Below, one piece after another: positions 10,709 through 20,239 of a stretch of 64,000 nt of DNA. The translations under genes were made by a program, and so were the position numbers. The stretch lies in contig NZ_JBAVDI010000010.1 of the NCBI RefSeq assembly GCF_049587115.1, positions 3,136 to 67,135 of the forward strand, in the 5' to 3' direction. Below the pieces are notes generated by a model, which ran no database searches, was not told where the DNA came from, and saw nothing but the letters and a program-made list of their open reading frames with translations. Numbering within the stretch: the first letter of the stretch is position 1; each line of letters starts with the position of its first letter. Origin of the DNA: Aeromicrobium sp. Its GTDB lineage: Bacteria; Actinomycetota; Actinomycetes; Propionibacteriales; Nocardioidaceae.

Positions 10709-11506
10709 GTGAGTTCATCTGCGCCCAAACGCCGTCTCGATGTACGCCAAGAGACCCCGCGTAAAGTCGCCGGTAAGCGAACCGCAGCACGCCGAAACGT
10801 TCGAAAGCGTGGGATTCGCCCGACGCCAGCCATGGCCGGGGCGTTCGTCCTGGTGCTGGCCGCCTTCTGCGCCACGGTTCTCGGCAACACGACCGATGGC
10901 AACTCGCTGTCCAGCAGCAAGTACCAGACCATCTCGCAGAGCTACATCGGTCCTGACGACTCGACGTCGGGCGGCAAGGTCGACGTCAGCCGCGACTTCA
11001 ACCGTTCGCTGGTCAAGAAGCAGGCCAAGATCCAGGCCGAGCAGGTCATTCAGGCCCAGGCCGATCTGGCGAAGAAGGTCGACAAGCAGTCCGACCTGTT
11101 GCGCAAGAACCAGTGGGTTCTTCCCGTGACCGGTTATCACCTGTCGGCACGCTTCGGCCAGCGCAGCGGACTGTGGTCGACTGTCCACACGGGTCTCGAC
11201 TTTGCTGGCCCCTCCGGCTCGACCATCGTTTCGGTCGCTGCCGGTGTCGTGAAGTCGACGGGCTACGAGGGCGCGTACGGCAACCGCACCGTCGTGACGC
11301 TGACCGACGGCACCGATGTCTGGTACTGCCACCAGAGCCGGATCGCGGTCAAGCCAGGCGACCGCGTGGATCCCGGTCAGACCATCGGTTACACCGGATC
11401 GACCGGCAACGTGACCGGACCGCACCTGCACCTGGAGATCCGTCCCAACGGCGGCGGCCCGGTCAACCCCGAGCCCGAGCTGATCCAGCACGGCATCCGC
11501 CCCTGA
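10709..11506 (+). CDS. M23 family metallopeptidase (peptidoglycan hydrolase) with N-terminal TM/signal
   Basis: HTGLD and TGPHLHLE zinc motifs; GGAGG RBS before GTG 10709. Confidence 0.92.
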   Translation: MSSSAPKRRLDVRQETPRKVAGKRTAARRNVRKRGIRPTPAMAGAFVLVLAAFCATVLGNTTDGNSLSSSKYQTISQSYIGPDDSTSGGKVDVSRDFNRSLVKKQAKIQAEQVIQAQADLAKKVDKQSDLLRKNQWVLPVTGYHLSARFGQRSGLWSTVHTGLDFAGPSGSTIVSVAAGVVKSTGYEGAYGNRTVVTLTDGTDVWYCHQSRIAVKPGDRVDPGQTIGYTGSTGNVTGPHLHLEIRPNGGGPVNPEPELIQHGIRP

Positions 11507-11527
11507 GCCTCCCCCGCTCCAAACCCT

Positions 11528-11590
11528 CGCGATTTGTGACGGTTTCAACCGTACCGAAGCCTCGGACGGTGCAGAACGCAACAAATCGCG
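11528..11590. repeat. 63-bp palindromic repeat, copy 1 (REP-like)
   Basis: CGCGATTTGT...ACAAATCGCG outer arms with inner ACCGT/ACGGT and CCGA/TCGG arms; 49/63 identical without gaps to 12603-12665. Confidence 0.9.
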
Positions 11591-11681
11591 GTGTCCACAG
11601 GGGGTCCGCTCACCTATCTGTTTCCCCTGCTGACGCGGCGGCCATGGATACCTCCGAACGGGATTCGGCAGCGTGGCGGGT

Positions 11682-12614
11682 ATGGCATCCCGTCGGCCGC
11701 TTCCGGCCTCAATCGCCAGCCGTGCGTTCACCGTCACCGAGGCTCTCGCCTGCGGCCTGTCCCGGCGCATGCTCCAAGGGTCACGGTTCGTCAAGATCCA
11801 CCCGGGCATCTACGCCTCGGCCCAGCTTGAGCAGGCGCTCACCGTGCTCGTCGCGGCAGACCTCCTCACCCTTCCCGCTGATGTCTGCCTGAGCCACACG
11901 ACGGCGCTCCACTGGTACGGCGTGACCGTGGGTTCGGCCTCGACCCGGCACTACTCGACGAACTCGACGTCCCAGACCCGGCTCAAGAATGTCGTGCTGC
12001 ACCGACGGCTCGGGACGCTGCATCCGCGCATGCTGCACGGCGTCCGAATCCTGGGACCTGACCGGACGCTTGTCGACTGCGGGACCGTGCTCGACTCGGT
12101 CGACCTCGTCAGGGCCGGTGACTGGCTCGTACGGCTTGGCCTCACCACTCCCGACGTGGCGCAGCGCTACAGCGAGCAGCGACATCTCGACGGGGTGGTC
12201 CGTACCAGGTCGTCGGCCACGCTGGTTCGCGAGCGGGTGGACTCGGTTCGCGAGACGGATGTTCGCCTGACGCTGGTCGCCTGCCGCCTCCCCGAGCCTG
12301 AGACGAATGGCGTCATCCGCGACGATCGCGGACGATTCTTGGCCAGAGGCGATCTGGTCTACCGGCGATGGAAGATCGTCATCGAGTATGACGGTTGGCA
12401 CCACGAGCGAAATGCCGAGCAACGCAGCAAGGACATCCTCCGACGCGAACGTCTCGAGGCGGCCGGATGGCGCGTCATCGTCGTCACTCACGATGACATG
12501 GGGCATCCCACGTCAGTGGTGGCCAGGGTCTGGGAGGCGCTCAGCTTGGCAGGGTACGCCGGCTCCGCACCGGTCTACGACCGTGCACGCATCCGCACCC
12601 TCCGCGATTTGTGA
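11682..12614 (+). CDS. DUF559/Vsr-like endonuclease-domain protein with AbiEi-like N-terminal region
   Basis: SHTTAL, RTLVDC, DSVRET and C-terminal ARGDLVY...IVIEYDGWHH...DILRRERLEAAGWRVI, typical of the mycobacterial Rv1073/Rv3555c-like family. Confidence 0.85.
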   Translation: MASRRPLPASIASRAFTVTEALACGLSRRMLQGSRFVKIHPGIYASAQLEQALTVLVAADLLTLPADVCLSHTTALHWYGVTVGSASTRHYSTNSTSQTRLKNVVLHRRLGTLHPRMLHGVRILGPDRTLVDCGTVLDSVDLVRAGDWLVRLGLTTPDVAQRYSEQRHLDGVVRTRSSATLVRERVDSVRETDVRLTLVACRLPEPETNGVIRDDRGRFLARGDLVYRRWKIVIEYDGWHHERNAEQRSKDILRRERLEAAGWRVIVVTHDDMGHPTSVVARVWEALSLAGYAGSAPVYDRARIRTLRDL

Positions 12615-12665
12615 CGAGTTCGACCGTTCCGGCGTCGAAGACGGTGCAAAGCGTCACAAATCGCG
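12603..12665. repeat. 63-bp palindromic repeat, copy 2 (REP-like), containing the DUF559 stop codon
   Basis: Perfect 15-bp arms CCGCGATTTGTGACG (12602-12616) and CGTCACAAATCGCGG (12652-12666); inner ACCGT/ACGGT. Confidence 0.9.
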
Positions 12666-12669
12666 GGGT

Positions 12670-15018
12670 TTAGAGCTTTTCGACGGGGGCGTACCGCAGC
12701 AGGAGGCGCTTGACCCCCTGCGAGCCGAAGTCGACGTTGGCCTGCATCTTGTCACCACTTCCGTCGACGGACACGACCGTGCCGAGGCCGAAGCTGTCGT
12801 GGCTGACCCGGTCGCCGGGTGAGAGCGCGACGACCTCGCGACTCGCCCGCTTCGATCGTGCCGCCACGTTGGAGGATCGGAATGCCGACTGGGCCGACGC
12901 GGACGGCGAGCTCGGGGTCCACTGAGTCGGCGGAGACGCCAGCCGTCGCCAGTCGACCAACGATTCGGGCAGCTCGTCGAGGAAGCGCGACGCTGGGTTG
13001 TACGACGGCGCACCCCACGCCGAGCGGGTCGAGGCCCGGGTGACGTACAGCCGGGTGCGGGCTCGGGTGATGCCGACGTAGGCCAGACGGCGCTCCTCCT
13101 CCAGCTCCTTGGTGTCGGCCAGCGACCGCATGTGCGGGAAGACGCCGTCCTCCAGTCCGGTCAGGAACACGACCGGGAACTCCAGGCCCTTGGCGGTGTG
13201 AAGGGTCATGAGCGTGACGACACCATCACCCTCGTCGGGGATCTGGTCTGCGTCCGCGACCAGCGCCACCTGCTCAAGGAATGCCGCAAGCGATCCGACC
13301 GCCAGATCGGGGTCGTCGGAGATCGCGTCCACCGCTACGGAGGGCTCCTCGTCCACCACGGGTTCGTCCGGCACCGTGCTGGCGCCCACGACGAACTCCC
13401 GGGCGACCGCGACGAGCTCGGCGAGGTTCTCGACCCGGGTCTCGTCCTGCGGATCGGTGCTCTGCTCGAGTGTCGACAGGTAGCCGCTGCGGGTCAGGGC
13501 CGCCTCGAGCACGGCATCGGCCGCGACGCCCGACTCCGCCATCGCCATGAGCTCGGACATCATCGCGGTGAACGACTCGATCGCATTGCGTGAGCGGGAC
13601 GCCAGATCGCGTGCCTCGTCGGCCCGGGTCAGCGCCTCCCAGAAGCTGATGCCCTCGCCGGTCGCAAGCCGCTGGATCGATGCCTCTGCCCGCTCACCGA
13701 TCCCGCGCTTGGGCTCGTTGATGATGCGCCGCAGGGAAACCGTGTCGCGCGGGTTGACCAGCACCCGGACGTACGCCAGCGCATCCTTGATCTCCTTGCG
13801 CTCGTAGAATCGGACTCCGCCGACGACCCGGTAGGGCAGGCCGACGCGGATGAAGACTTCTTCGAACACTCGAGACTGGGCGTTCGTGCGATAGAAGATC
13901 GCGACGTCCTTGGCAGCCGCCCGCGCGTCGTCGGTCAACCGATCTATCTCGTCGGCGATGAACTGCGCCTCGTCGCGCTCGTCGTCGCCCACGTAGCCGA
14001 CGATCTTCTCGCCATCGCCTTCTGCGGACCACAGCTGCTTGTCCTTGCGCCCTTCGTTGCGGCTGATGACCGCGTTCGCCGCTGACAGGATCGTCTGGGT
14101 CGAGCGATAGTTCTGCTCCAGCAGGATCGTCGCCGCGTTGGGGAAGTCGTCCTCGAACTCCATGATGTTGCGGATGTTGGCACCACGGAATGCGTAGATC
14201 GACTGGTCCGAGTCGCCCACCACCATCAGGTCCGACTCGACATCGGTCAGCTCCCTGATCAGCTGGTACTGCGCGTGGTTGGTGTCCTGGTACTCATCGA
14301 CCAGGATGTGCCGGAATCTGCGCCGATACGTCTCGCACACGTCTGGCCAGGCCTGGAACAGGTGCACCGTGTTCATGATCAGATCGTCGAAATCCATCGC
14401 ATTGGCGGCCTGCAGGCGCGCCTGGTAGGTCCGGTATGCCTCGGCATAGATCTCCTCGGTCGGATTCTGTGCTCGGCTCGCCGCGGCTTCGTGGTCGACC
14501 AGCTCGTTCTTGAGGTTGGAGATCCAGTTGAGCACCGCGCGAGGGTTGACCCGCTTGGGGTCGAGATCCATGTCCCGGCAGATCAGCGTCATGAGTCGGC
14601 GCTGATCTGCGGAGTCGTAGATCGTGAACGTCGACGTGAAGCCGAACTTGTCGGCTTCTCGTCGCAGGATCCGCACGCAGGCGGAGTGGAAGGTCGAGAC
14701 CCACATCATCCGCGCCCGCGGACCCACGAGCTCGGCAACCCGCGACCGCATCTCGGCCGCCGCCTTGTTGGTGAACGTGATGGCCAGTATCGAGCCCGGA
14801 TGGGCACCGCGGGCGGCGATCAGCCAGGCGATGCGCCGGGTCAGCACCCGGGTCTTGCCCGAGCCCGCGCCAGCCACGACGAGCAGCGGCCCACCGGGGT
14901 GCGACACGGCTGACTGCTGAGCCTCGTTGAGGCCCTCGAGCAGGGTCTCGGAGCGGGGGCGCCGCTGGTCCGCGGTCGTGGCGGGAGCGGCCGAGGGGAC
15001 GGGGAACGGCAAAGTCAT
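12670..15018 (-). CDS. pcrA: ATP-dependent DNA helicase PcrA/UvrD1
   Basis: AGAGSGKT, TFTNKAA, VDEYQDTN, GDSDQSIYAFRGA, LEQNYRS, TLHTAKGLEF, C-terminal Tudor-like domain. Confidence 0.97.
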   Translation of the reverse strand: MTLPFPVPSAAPATTADQRRPRSETLLEGLNEAQQSAVSHPGGPLLVVAGAGSGKTRVLTRRIAWLIAARGAHPGSILAITFTNKAAAEMRSRVAELVGPRARMMWVSTFHSACVRILRREADKFGFTSTFTIYDSADQRRLMTLICRDMDLDPKRVNPRAVLNWISNLKNELVDHEAAASRAQNPTEEIYAEAYRTYQARLQAANAMDFDDLIMNTVHLFQAWPDVCETYRRRFRHILVDEYQDTNHAQYQLIRELTDVESDLMVVGDSDQSIYAFRGANIRNIMEFEDDFPNAATILLEQNYRSTQTILSAANAVISRNEGRKDKQLWSAEGDGEKIVGYVGDDERDEAQFIADEIDRLTDDARAAAKDVAIFYRTNAQSRVFEEVFIRVGLPYRVVGGVRFYERKEIKDALAYVRVLVNPRDTVSLRRIINEPKRGIGERAEASIQRLATGEGISFWEALTRADEARDLASRSRNAIESFTAMMSELMAMAESGVAADAVLEAALTRSGYLSTLEQSTDPQDETRVENLAELVAVAREFVVGASTVPDEPVVDEEPSVAVDAISDDPDLAVGSLAAFLEQVALVADADQIPDEGDGVVTLMTLHTAKGLEFPVVFLTGLEDGVFPHMRSLADTKELEEERRLAYVGITRARTRLYVTRASTRSAWGAPSYNPASRFLDELPESLVDWRRLASPPTQWTPSSPSASAQSAFRSSNVAARSKRASREVVALSPGDRVSHDSFGLGTVVSVDGSGDKMQANVDFGSQGVKRLLLRYAPVEKL

Positions 15019-15089
15019 CGTGCCTCCCAGCCTAGTCGCCGAGGCGGACAGCGGATGCGCCGGACGCCTCGGACGTAGACTCCCGAGCC

Positions 15090-15542
15090 ATGGACCACGG
15101 CGTCTCGATCAGGCTGGCCGGCGAGGCCGACTTCGACGCCCTCACCGACATCTGGGAGCGCGCCGTGCGCCCGACCCATTCCTTCATGTCCGACGGGCAT
15201 CTCGCAGACCTTCGTCCTCGTGTCCGAGACCTGCTCCTGCCGTCGATGGATGTGTGGGTCGCCCTGGTTGAGGACCGACCCGTCGGATTCGTCGGGGCCC
15301 ACGATGCGCATGTCGAGCTGCTCTACATCGATCCGGAGGCCCAGGGCGCGGGCATCGGCCCGGCGCTGCTGGCTCGGATCGCAGACGGTGCCGGCCCACG
15401 TAGCGTCGAGGTCTATCTCGGCAACGCCGCAGGACTCGCCTTCTACCACTCGCAGGGCTTCAGCGAGACCCGGCGCGACTCCACCGATGTGGCTGGTCGG
15501 CCAGCGGCGATCGTCCATCTCGAACGGCAGGAGCAACCATGA
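15090..15542 (+). CDS. GNAT family acetyltransferase (YjaB-like)
   Basis: IWERAVRPTHSF, LYIDPEAQGAGIG, FYHSQGF. Confidence 0.88.
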   Translation: MDHGVSIRLAGEADFDALTDIWERAVRPTHSFMSDGHLADLRPRVRDLLLPSMDVWVALVEDRPVGFVGAHDAHVELLYIDPEAQGAGIGPALLARIADGAGPRSVEVYLGNAAGLAFYHSQGFSETRRDSTDVAGRPAAIVHLERQEQP

Positions 15543-15892
15543 GCATCGTGACCATCGAGGCCCACAGCACCGAACCGCCATTCGAGCAGGTGCGCCGCCA
15601 GATTGCCGGGCAGGCGTCCGAGGGGATCCTGCAGGCCGGGCACCAGCTGCCGACCGTCCGGGCACTGGCCGTCGAGCTCAACCTCGCGACCAACACCGTC
15701 GCCAAGGCCTATCGCGCACTGGAAGCCGATGGCGTGACCGAGAGTCGTGGCCGTGCAGGTACGTTCATCGCCAGCCGGCGCATGGACGACACCGAAGCAG
15801 CTGCGGCTGCGGCACAGTTCGTGGCCGTGGCCCGCCGCCAGGGCCTCTCGCTCGCCGAGGCGCATCGGCTCGTCGAGCGGGACTGGGCCTGA
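15539..15892 (+). CDS. GntR (YtrA-like) transcriptional regulator
   Basis: PPFEQV, LPTVRALA, NTVAKAYRALE, GRAGTF; ATGA overlap with the GNAT gene. Confidence 0.92.
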   Translation: MSIVTIEAHSTEPPFEQVRRQIAGQASEGILQAGHQLPTVRALAVELNLATNTVAKAYRALEADGVTESRGRAGTFIASRRMDDTEAAAAAAQFVAVARRQGLSLAEAHRLVERDWA

Positions 15893-15934
15893 TCCGAGCC
15901 GCGCGGTCCTGCGACGCCGGAGTAGCGTGGTGGC

Positions 15935-16093
15935 GTGCCCTTCCACCTCGTCCTCGGACTCCTGTTCATCGGCGGACTCGCCCTGATGGCCTTGACGCTC
16001 ACCGGCTATGGCGCCCCCGACCGCTCCGACCAGCCGCCGCCGCGATTGCCCGGGCACGACGTCCAGGAGCGCCTGAACAACCCGGACTCCTAG
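15935..16093 (+). CDS. Small single-pass membrane protein, 52 aa (not in the ORF track)
   Basis: GTG...TAG, MPFHLVLGLLFIGGLALMALTLTGYGAPDRSDQPPPRLPGHDVQERLNNPDS; GC3-rich codons; TAGCGT -10 element 6 nt upstream; fills the gap up to the zwf stop. Confidence 0.7.
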   Translation: MPFHLVLGLLFIGGLALMALTLTGYGAPDRSDQPPPRLPGHDVQERLNNPDS

Positions 16094-16097
16094 ACCG

Positions 16098-17534
16098 TCA
16101 CTCTGCCATCGTGTTGGGCCTGCGCCACGTGCGCTCGAACGGCAGGCGCCAAGCCCGCGGCGCGATCAGCTGGTGCACCGAGTTCGGTCCCCACGTGCCA
16201 CCGGAGTACGGCCGTACCGGCGGGAGGTCAGCCAACAGCGGCGCAGAGATCTCCCACAGCCGCTCGATGCCCTCAGCGGTCGTGAACAGCGTCCGCTCAC
16301 CCCGCATGGCGTCGTAGATCAGCCGCTCGTACGCCTCCAGGACCTCGCCGGCCCGCTCGGTCTCCTGCATCGCGAACTGCATGCTGAGCTTGTCCAGGCG
16401 CATGCCCGGACCGGGACGCTTGCCATAGAACGACAGCGACATCCGCGAGGAGTCCGCCAGGTCGAAGGTCAGATGGTCCGGACCGGCACGACCAACCCCG
16501 GAGCCGGCGGGGAACATGCTCTTGGGTGGTTCCCGGAATGCGATCGAGATTATTCGCGCTCCTTCGGCGAGCTTCTTGCCGGTGCGCAGGAAGAACGGCA
16601 CACCCGCCCATCGCCAGTTGTCGATCTCGGCCCGCAGCGCGACGAATGTCTCGGTCTCGGAGTGCGACGGAACACCCTCCTCGTCCCGGTACCCCTGATA
16701 CTGGCCGCGAACGACGTGACGCGGGTCCAGCGGCAACATCGATCGGAAGACTTTGTTCTTCTCCTCGCTGATGGAGTCCGAGTCCAGCGACGTCGGCGGC
16801 TCCATCGCCATGAAGGCCAGAACCTGGAACAGGTGCGTCACGACCATGTCCTTGAAGGCGCCCGTGCCCTCGAAGAAGCCTGAGCGGCCCTCCAGAGAAA
16901 GCGTCTCGGGGACGTCGATCTGGACATGATCGATGAAGTTGCGGTTCCAGATCGGTTCGAAGAGTCCATTCGCGAAGCGGAACGCGAGGATGTTGAGCGC
17001 CGCCTCCTTGCCCAGGAAGTGGTCGATGCGGAAGATCTGGTCCTCCGCAAACACCTCGTGGAGCTCGGAGTTGAGCGATCTTGCACTGTCCAGGTCGGTG
17101 CCGAAGGGCTTCTCCATGATGATGCGGGCCCGATCGACGAGCTTCGCCGCGGCGAGGGTGTGCACGACGTCTAGCGCCGCCTTGGGCGGAACGCTCAGAT
17201 AGTGCAACCGCCGCGGACTTCCGCCCAGCTCGGCCTCCAGCTCGGACGCCGCCGCCGCCAGCGCTTCCGGCCCGGCCTTGACGTTGACGTACGACAACTT
17301 GGGCGCGAACTCGCGCCACTTCTGCTCATCGACCTCACGGGTGCTGAACTCTCGGTAAGACTCCCCCGCGAACTCGCGGAAGCTGTCATCGTCGAAGTCG
17401 TCCAACGACACCCCGATGATGCGGGAGTCCGAGACCAGCCCCGACTGCAGGAGGTGCATGATCCCGGGAAGCAGCTTGCGGCGGGCGAGATCGCCCGTGG
17501 CACCGAACAGCACGATCAGGTGTGGCTCGTCCAT
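16098..17534 (-). CDS. zwf: Glucose-6-phosphate 1-dehydrogenase
   Basis: GATGDLARRK, EKPFG, RIDHFLGKE, WAGVPFFLRTGK. Confidence 0.97.
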   Translation of the reverse strand: MDEPHLIVLFGATGDLARRKLLPGIMHLLQSGLVSDSRIIGVSLDDFDDDSFREFAGESYREFSTREVDEQKWREFAPKLSYVNVKAGPEALAAAASELEAELGGSPRRLHYLSVPPKAALDVVHTLAAAKLVDRARIIMEKPFGTDLDSARSLNSELHEVFAEDQIFRIDHFLGKEAALNILAFRFANGLFEPIWNRNFIDHVQIDVPETLSLEGRSGFFEGTGAFKDMVVTHLFQVLAFMAMEPPTSLDSDSISEEKNKVFRSMLPLDPRHVVRGQYQGYRDEEGVPSHSETETFVALRAEIDNWRWAGVPFFLRTGKKLAEGARIISIAFREPPKSMFPAGSGVGRAGPDHLTFDLADSSRMSLSFYGKRPGPGMRLDKLSMQFAMQETERAGEVLEAYERLIYDAMRGERTLFTTAEGIERLWEISAPLLADLPPVRPYSGGTWGPNSVHQLIAPRAWRLPFERTWRRPNTMAE

Positions 17535-17626
17535 GTCGTCAGGCTAGACCCTCCTCGCTGGCCGGGGCGCTCCCCAACGGGGCCCGCGCCGAGTTCGGGC
17601 GATGTTCCTTGGCGATCTGGAGACGC

Positions 17627-18664
17627 CTACGCAGTGGCTCGGGTGGCGGCCAACGAGCGGCGCTCCTCCCACCGGGAGCGCGCCAGCACGGCGGTCTTGG
17701 TGTAGTCGGAGAAGACCCCGTCGACCCCGGCCTCGAAGAAGGAGAGGTACTCGCTCTCCGCGTCGCCGTGCGCGGCCTTGTTGGTGCTGGAACGCAGCTC
17801 GGTCGGGAGGAAGTTGTTCTCGCTTCGCATCGTCCAGATGTGCACCAGCAGCCCGGCATCGTGCGCGCGACCGACCAGCCCGGTCTCGCCAGCCAGCCGG
17901 TACCTCTTGTCGCGCGCGATCACCTGGCTCTTGTTGGGCCCGATCCCGTCGGCGTAGGTGGCGATCGCTGCCAGCTCGGCGGGGGAGGTCAAGGCCGCAT
18001 ACGTCCGGGGGTCACGAGCATCCATCAAGTCGTACGGAGCGCCCTTGCGGTCCATCAGCTGGATCAGGGGCAACGGTGTCCGGTCCCGCAGTCCTCGCAG
18101 GTTGCCGGTCTCCATCGACTGGATGATGACATGAGTGCCGGTCCGGTTGACTCCTCGGCGCTCCAGCGCCTCGATCAGCAGGTCGTTGAGGTCCAGACCG
18201 ATGCCCGCGAAATAAGTCGGATGCTTCGTCTCGACGTACACCCCGATCGGCCTCCTCCGGCCGGCTTCCTCCGCGATCAGCAGCACCTCGTCAAAGGTCA
18301 GGATCTGCTCGGCGTGCTCCAGCCGGATGTTCTGCGGACGCAGCGCCGGTAGCCGCTCGCGCACCCGCAAGGTCTTGATCTCCGCGAGCGTGAAGTCTTC
18401 GGTGAACCACCCCGTGTGCGGCACCCCGTCGATGAACTTGGAGATCTTGCGCTCGACGAACTCAGGTCGTTCCGCGACGTCCGTCGTGCCGCTGATCTCA
18501 TTCTCGTGGCGGACCACCAGGACACCGTCCTTGGTGCTGACGACGTCCGGCTCGATGTAGTCGGCACCCTGCTCGATCGCAAGCAGGTACGACGGGCGGG
18601 TGTGCTCCAGCCGTTCGCCGGGCACTCCACGGTGGGCGATCACGATGGGCGGTGTCAGGGACAC
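17627..18664 (-). CDS. Glycerophosphodiester phosphodiesterase (GlpQ-like, cytoplasmic)
   Basis: IAHRG, EHT, IEPD, VRHE, ETKHP, GVDGVFSD. Start GTG 18664 or ATG 18682. Confidence 0.92.
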   Translation of the reverse strand: MSLTPPIVIAHRGVPGERLEHTRPSYLLAIEQGADYIEPDVVSTKDGVLVVRHENEISGTTDVAERPEFVERKISKFIDGVPHTGWFTEDFTLAEIKTLRVRERLPALRPQNIRLEHAEQILTFDEVLLIAEEAGRRRPIGVYVETKHPTYFAGIGLDLNDLLIEALERRGVNRTGTHVIIQSMETGNLRGLRDRTPLPLIQLMDRKGAPYDLMDARDPRTYAALTSPAELAAIATYADGIGPNKSQVIARDKRYRLAGETGLVGRAHDAGLLVHIWTMRSENNFLPTELRSSTNKAAHGDAESEYLSFFEAGVDGVFSDYTKTAVLARSRWEERRSLAATRATA

Positions 18665-18671
18665 CCCACCA

Positions 18672-20168
18672 TCAAAGCGCATCGGGTACGGGATCCGGGG
18701 CGGCGCGCACGAGCCGGATCGCACCATCGCGACGGGGGTCGGCGGCCGCGACGAGGTGTCCGTCGTGCCGACGAAGCGTCGCTGCCACGCCGCCGTAATA
18801 CATCGTCAGGTCGGTCTCGGTCTTGACGACCTCTTCGATCCGGCCAGCGCGGTGAACGTGGACACGCGGGTGATTGATGGCCTGCTGCAGGCCCATCCCG
18901 CCCACGAATCCAGCGAGCGCCTGCACGATCGCGGTCGTGATCCGGTCAGCACCGGGCGAGCCGATCGCAAGGACAGAGCCATCGACGTGGTGGCCAACGG
19001 TCGGTGCCATGTTCGACAGCAGCCGAGCACCGGGCTGCAGCCCGTGCAGACCACCGGCGTTGAGCTCCTGTTCACCCAGGCAGTTGTTGAGCCAGATTCC
19101 GGTGCCCTTGGCGATCATGCCGGAGCTGTATCCCGAGGACACCGTCACCGCGCATGCCCCGCCATCGCTGTCGGTCGCTGAAATGTGTGCCGTCGAGCCG
19201 GATTCCAGCACCGCGAGATGGTTGCGGTCGACAAGGCGCAGGTATGCCGCGGCGTCGCGCTCGAGGTCGTCGCTGTGGTCGAGCACTTCGAGCCGGTGGC
19301 CCAGCACCGCTCGCTGCACCCGAACGAGGTGAGCGACATCCTCGGCGTCCCAGTGCGCGTTCGGCCGCCCTTCCAGCAGGCGCAGCATCGCCGCGATGCA
19401 CACGCCACCGACCGAAGGTGGCGGATTGGTGCCGAAGGTCCAGTCCCCTACCGTCGCGAGCAGGGCTGGGCGAACCACCGGGCGGTAGGCGGCGAGATCG
19501 TCCGGGGCCAGGATCCCGCCTCGGTCCAGCACGTCCGCGCTGATCAGGCTGGCCAGGTCGCCGGTGTGCAGGACTCGGGGACCGTCGCTCGCGATCAATT
19601 CGAGGGAGCCGACCAGATCAGGCAGAACGATGAGCCCGGTCTCGAGCTCGCCGTCCGCGTCGTGGACCGCGGCGCGGCTCTGTGGATCCCAGCCGAAGAT
19701 GTCGTCGTGGACGTACTCCAGGTAGTAGCGAGAGGCCGATCCCAGTCGGAAACCGCCTCGGGCGACCGCGATCGCTGGCGCCACGATCTCCCGCCACGGG
19801 ACGCTCCCCCACCTGCTGTGTGCTTCGCCGAACGCGGCAAGAGACCCGTGCGCGGCGACGGACCCCGGCCCGATCGTGACGGTGACCCCGCCGCCGTACG
19901 CCGTCTCGATGTCCCAGGTGCCACCCCCGAGGTCGCGGCCCCGGCCGGGCATGTCCATCCAACCGTCAACAGTCTGTGGTGGGCTGCCGTCAGCGGGTTG
20001 TACCGTGATGAACCCCCCTGAGCTCAGCGAGACGATGCCGACCTCGTTCACCATCGTGACCAGGGCCGCTGCCAGCGCGGCGTCGACCGCGTTGCCTCCG
20101 GACCGGGCCACCTGCTCACCCGCGTCGGCTGCAGCCTCGTTGGGCGCGGCGAGCGCGACGTCCGGCAT
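18672..20168 (-). CDS. Gamma-glutamyltransferase family protein
   Basis: GGNAVDAA, STAHISATD (Thr nucleophile), WLNN, SNMAPT, GSPGADRI, DPRRDG. Confidence 0.9.
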   Translation of the reverse strand: MPDVALAAPNEAAADAGEQVARSGGNAVDAALAAALVTMVNEVGIVSLSSGGFITVQPADGSPPQTVDGWMDMPGRGRDLGGGTWDIETAYGGGVTVTIGPGSVAAHGSLAAFGEAHSRWGSVPWREIVAPAIAVARGGFRLGSASRYYLEYVHDDIFGWDPQSRAAVHDADGELETGLIVLPDLVGSLELIASDGPRVLHTGDLASLISADVLDRGGILAPDDLAAYRPVVRPALLATVGDWTFGTNPPPSVGGVCIAAMLRLLEGRPNAHWDAEDVAHLVRVQRAVLGHRLEVLDHSDDLERDAAAYLRLVDRNHLAVLESGSTAHISATDSDGGACAVTVSSGYSSGMIAKGTGIWLNNCLGEQELNAGGLHGLQPGARLLSNMAPTVGHHVDGSVLAIGSPGADRITTAIVQALAGFVGGMGLQQAINHPRVHVHRAGRIEEVVKTETDLTMYYGGVAATLRRHDGHLVAAADPRRDGAIRLVRAAPDPVPDAL

Positions 20169-20223
20169 GACCGCAGGCTACCCGTGGAGCCGATCACTCG
20201 CGCCGCAACCACATCCCCCACTG

Positions 20224-20239
20224 TGTGACCCCAGTCACA
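20224..20239. promoter_or_regulatory. CRP/GlxR-type binding site
   Basis: Perfect TGTGA-N6-TCACA (TGTGACCCCAGTCACA) in a divergent intergenic region. Confidence 0.65.

Noticed and set aside
11528..12665. Palindromic repeats as a CRISPR array or a classical IS
   Set aside because: Only two copies, separated by a whole gene; no cas genes, no DDE/HUH transposase motifs and no clear target-site duplication.
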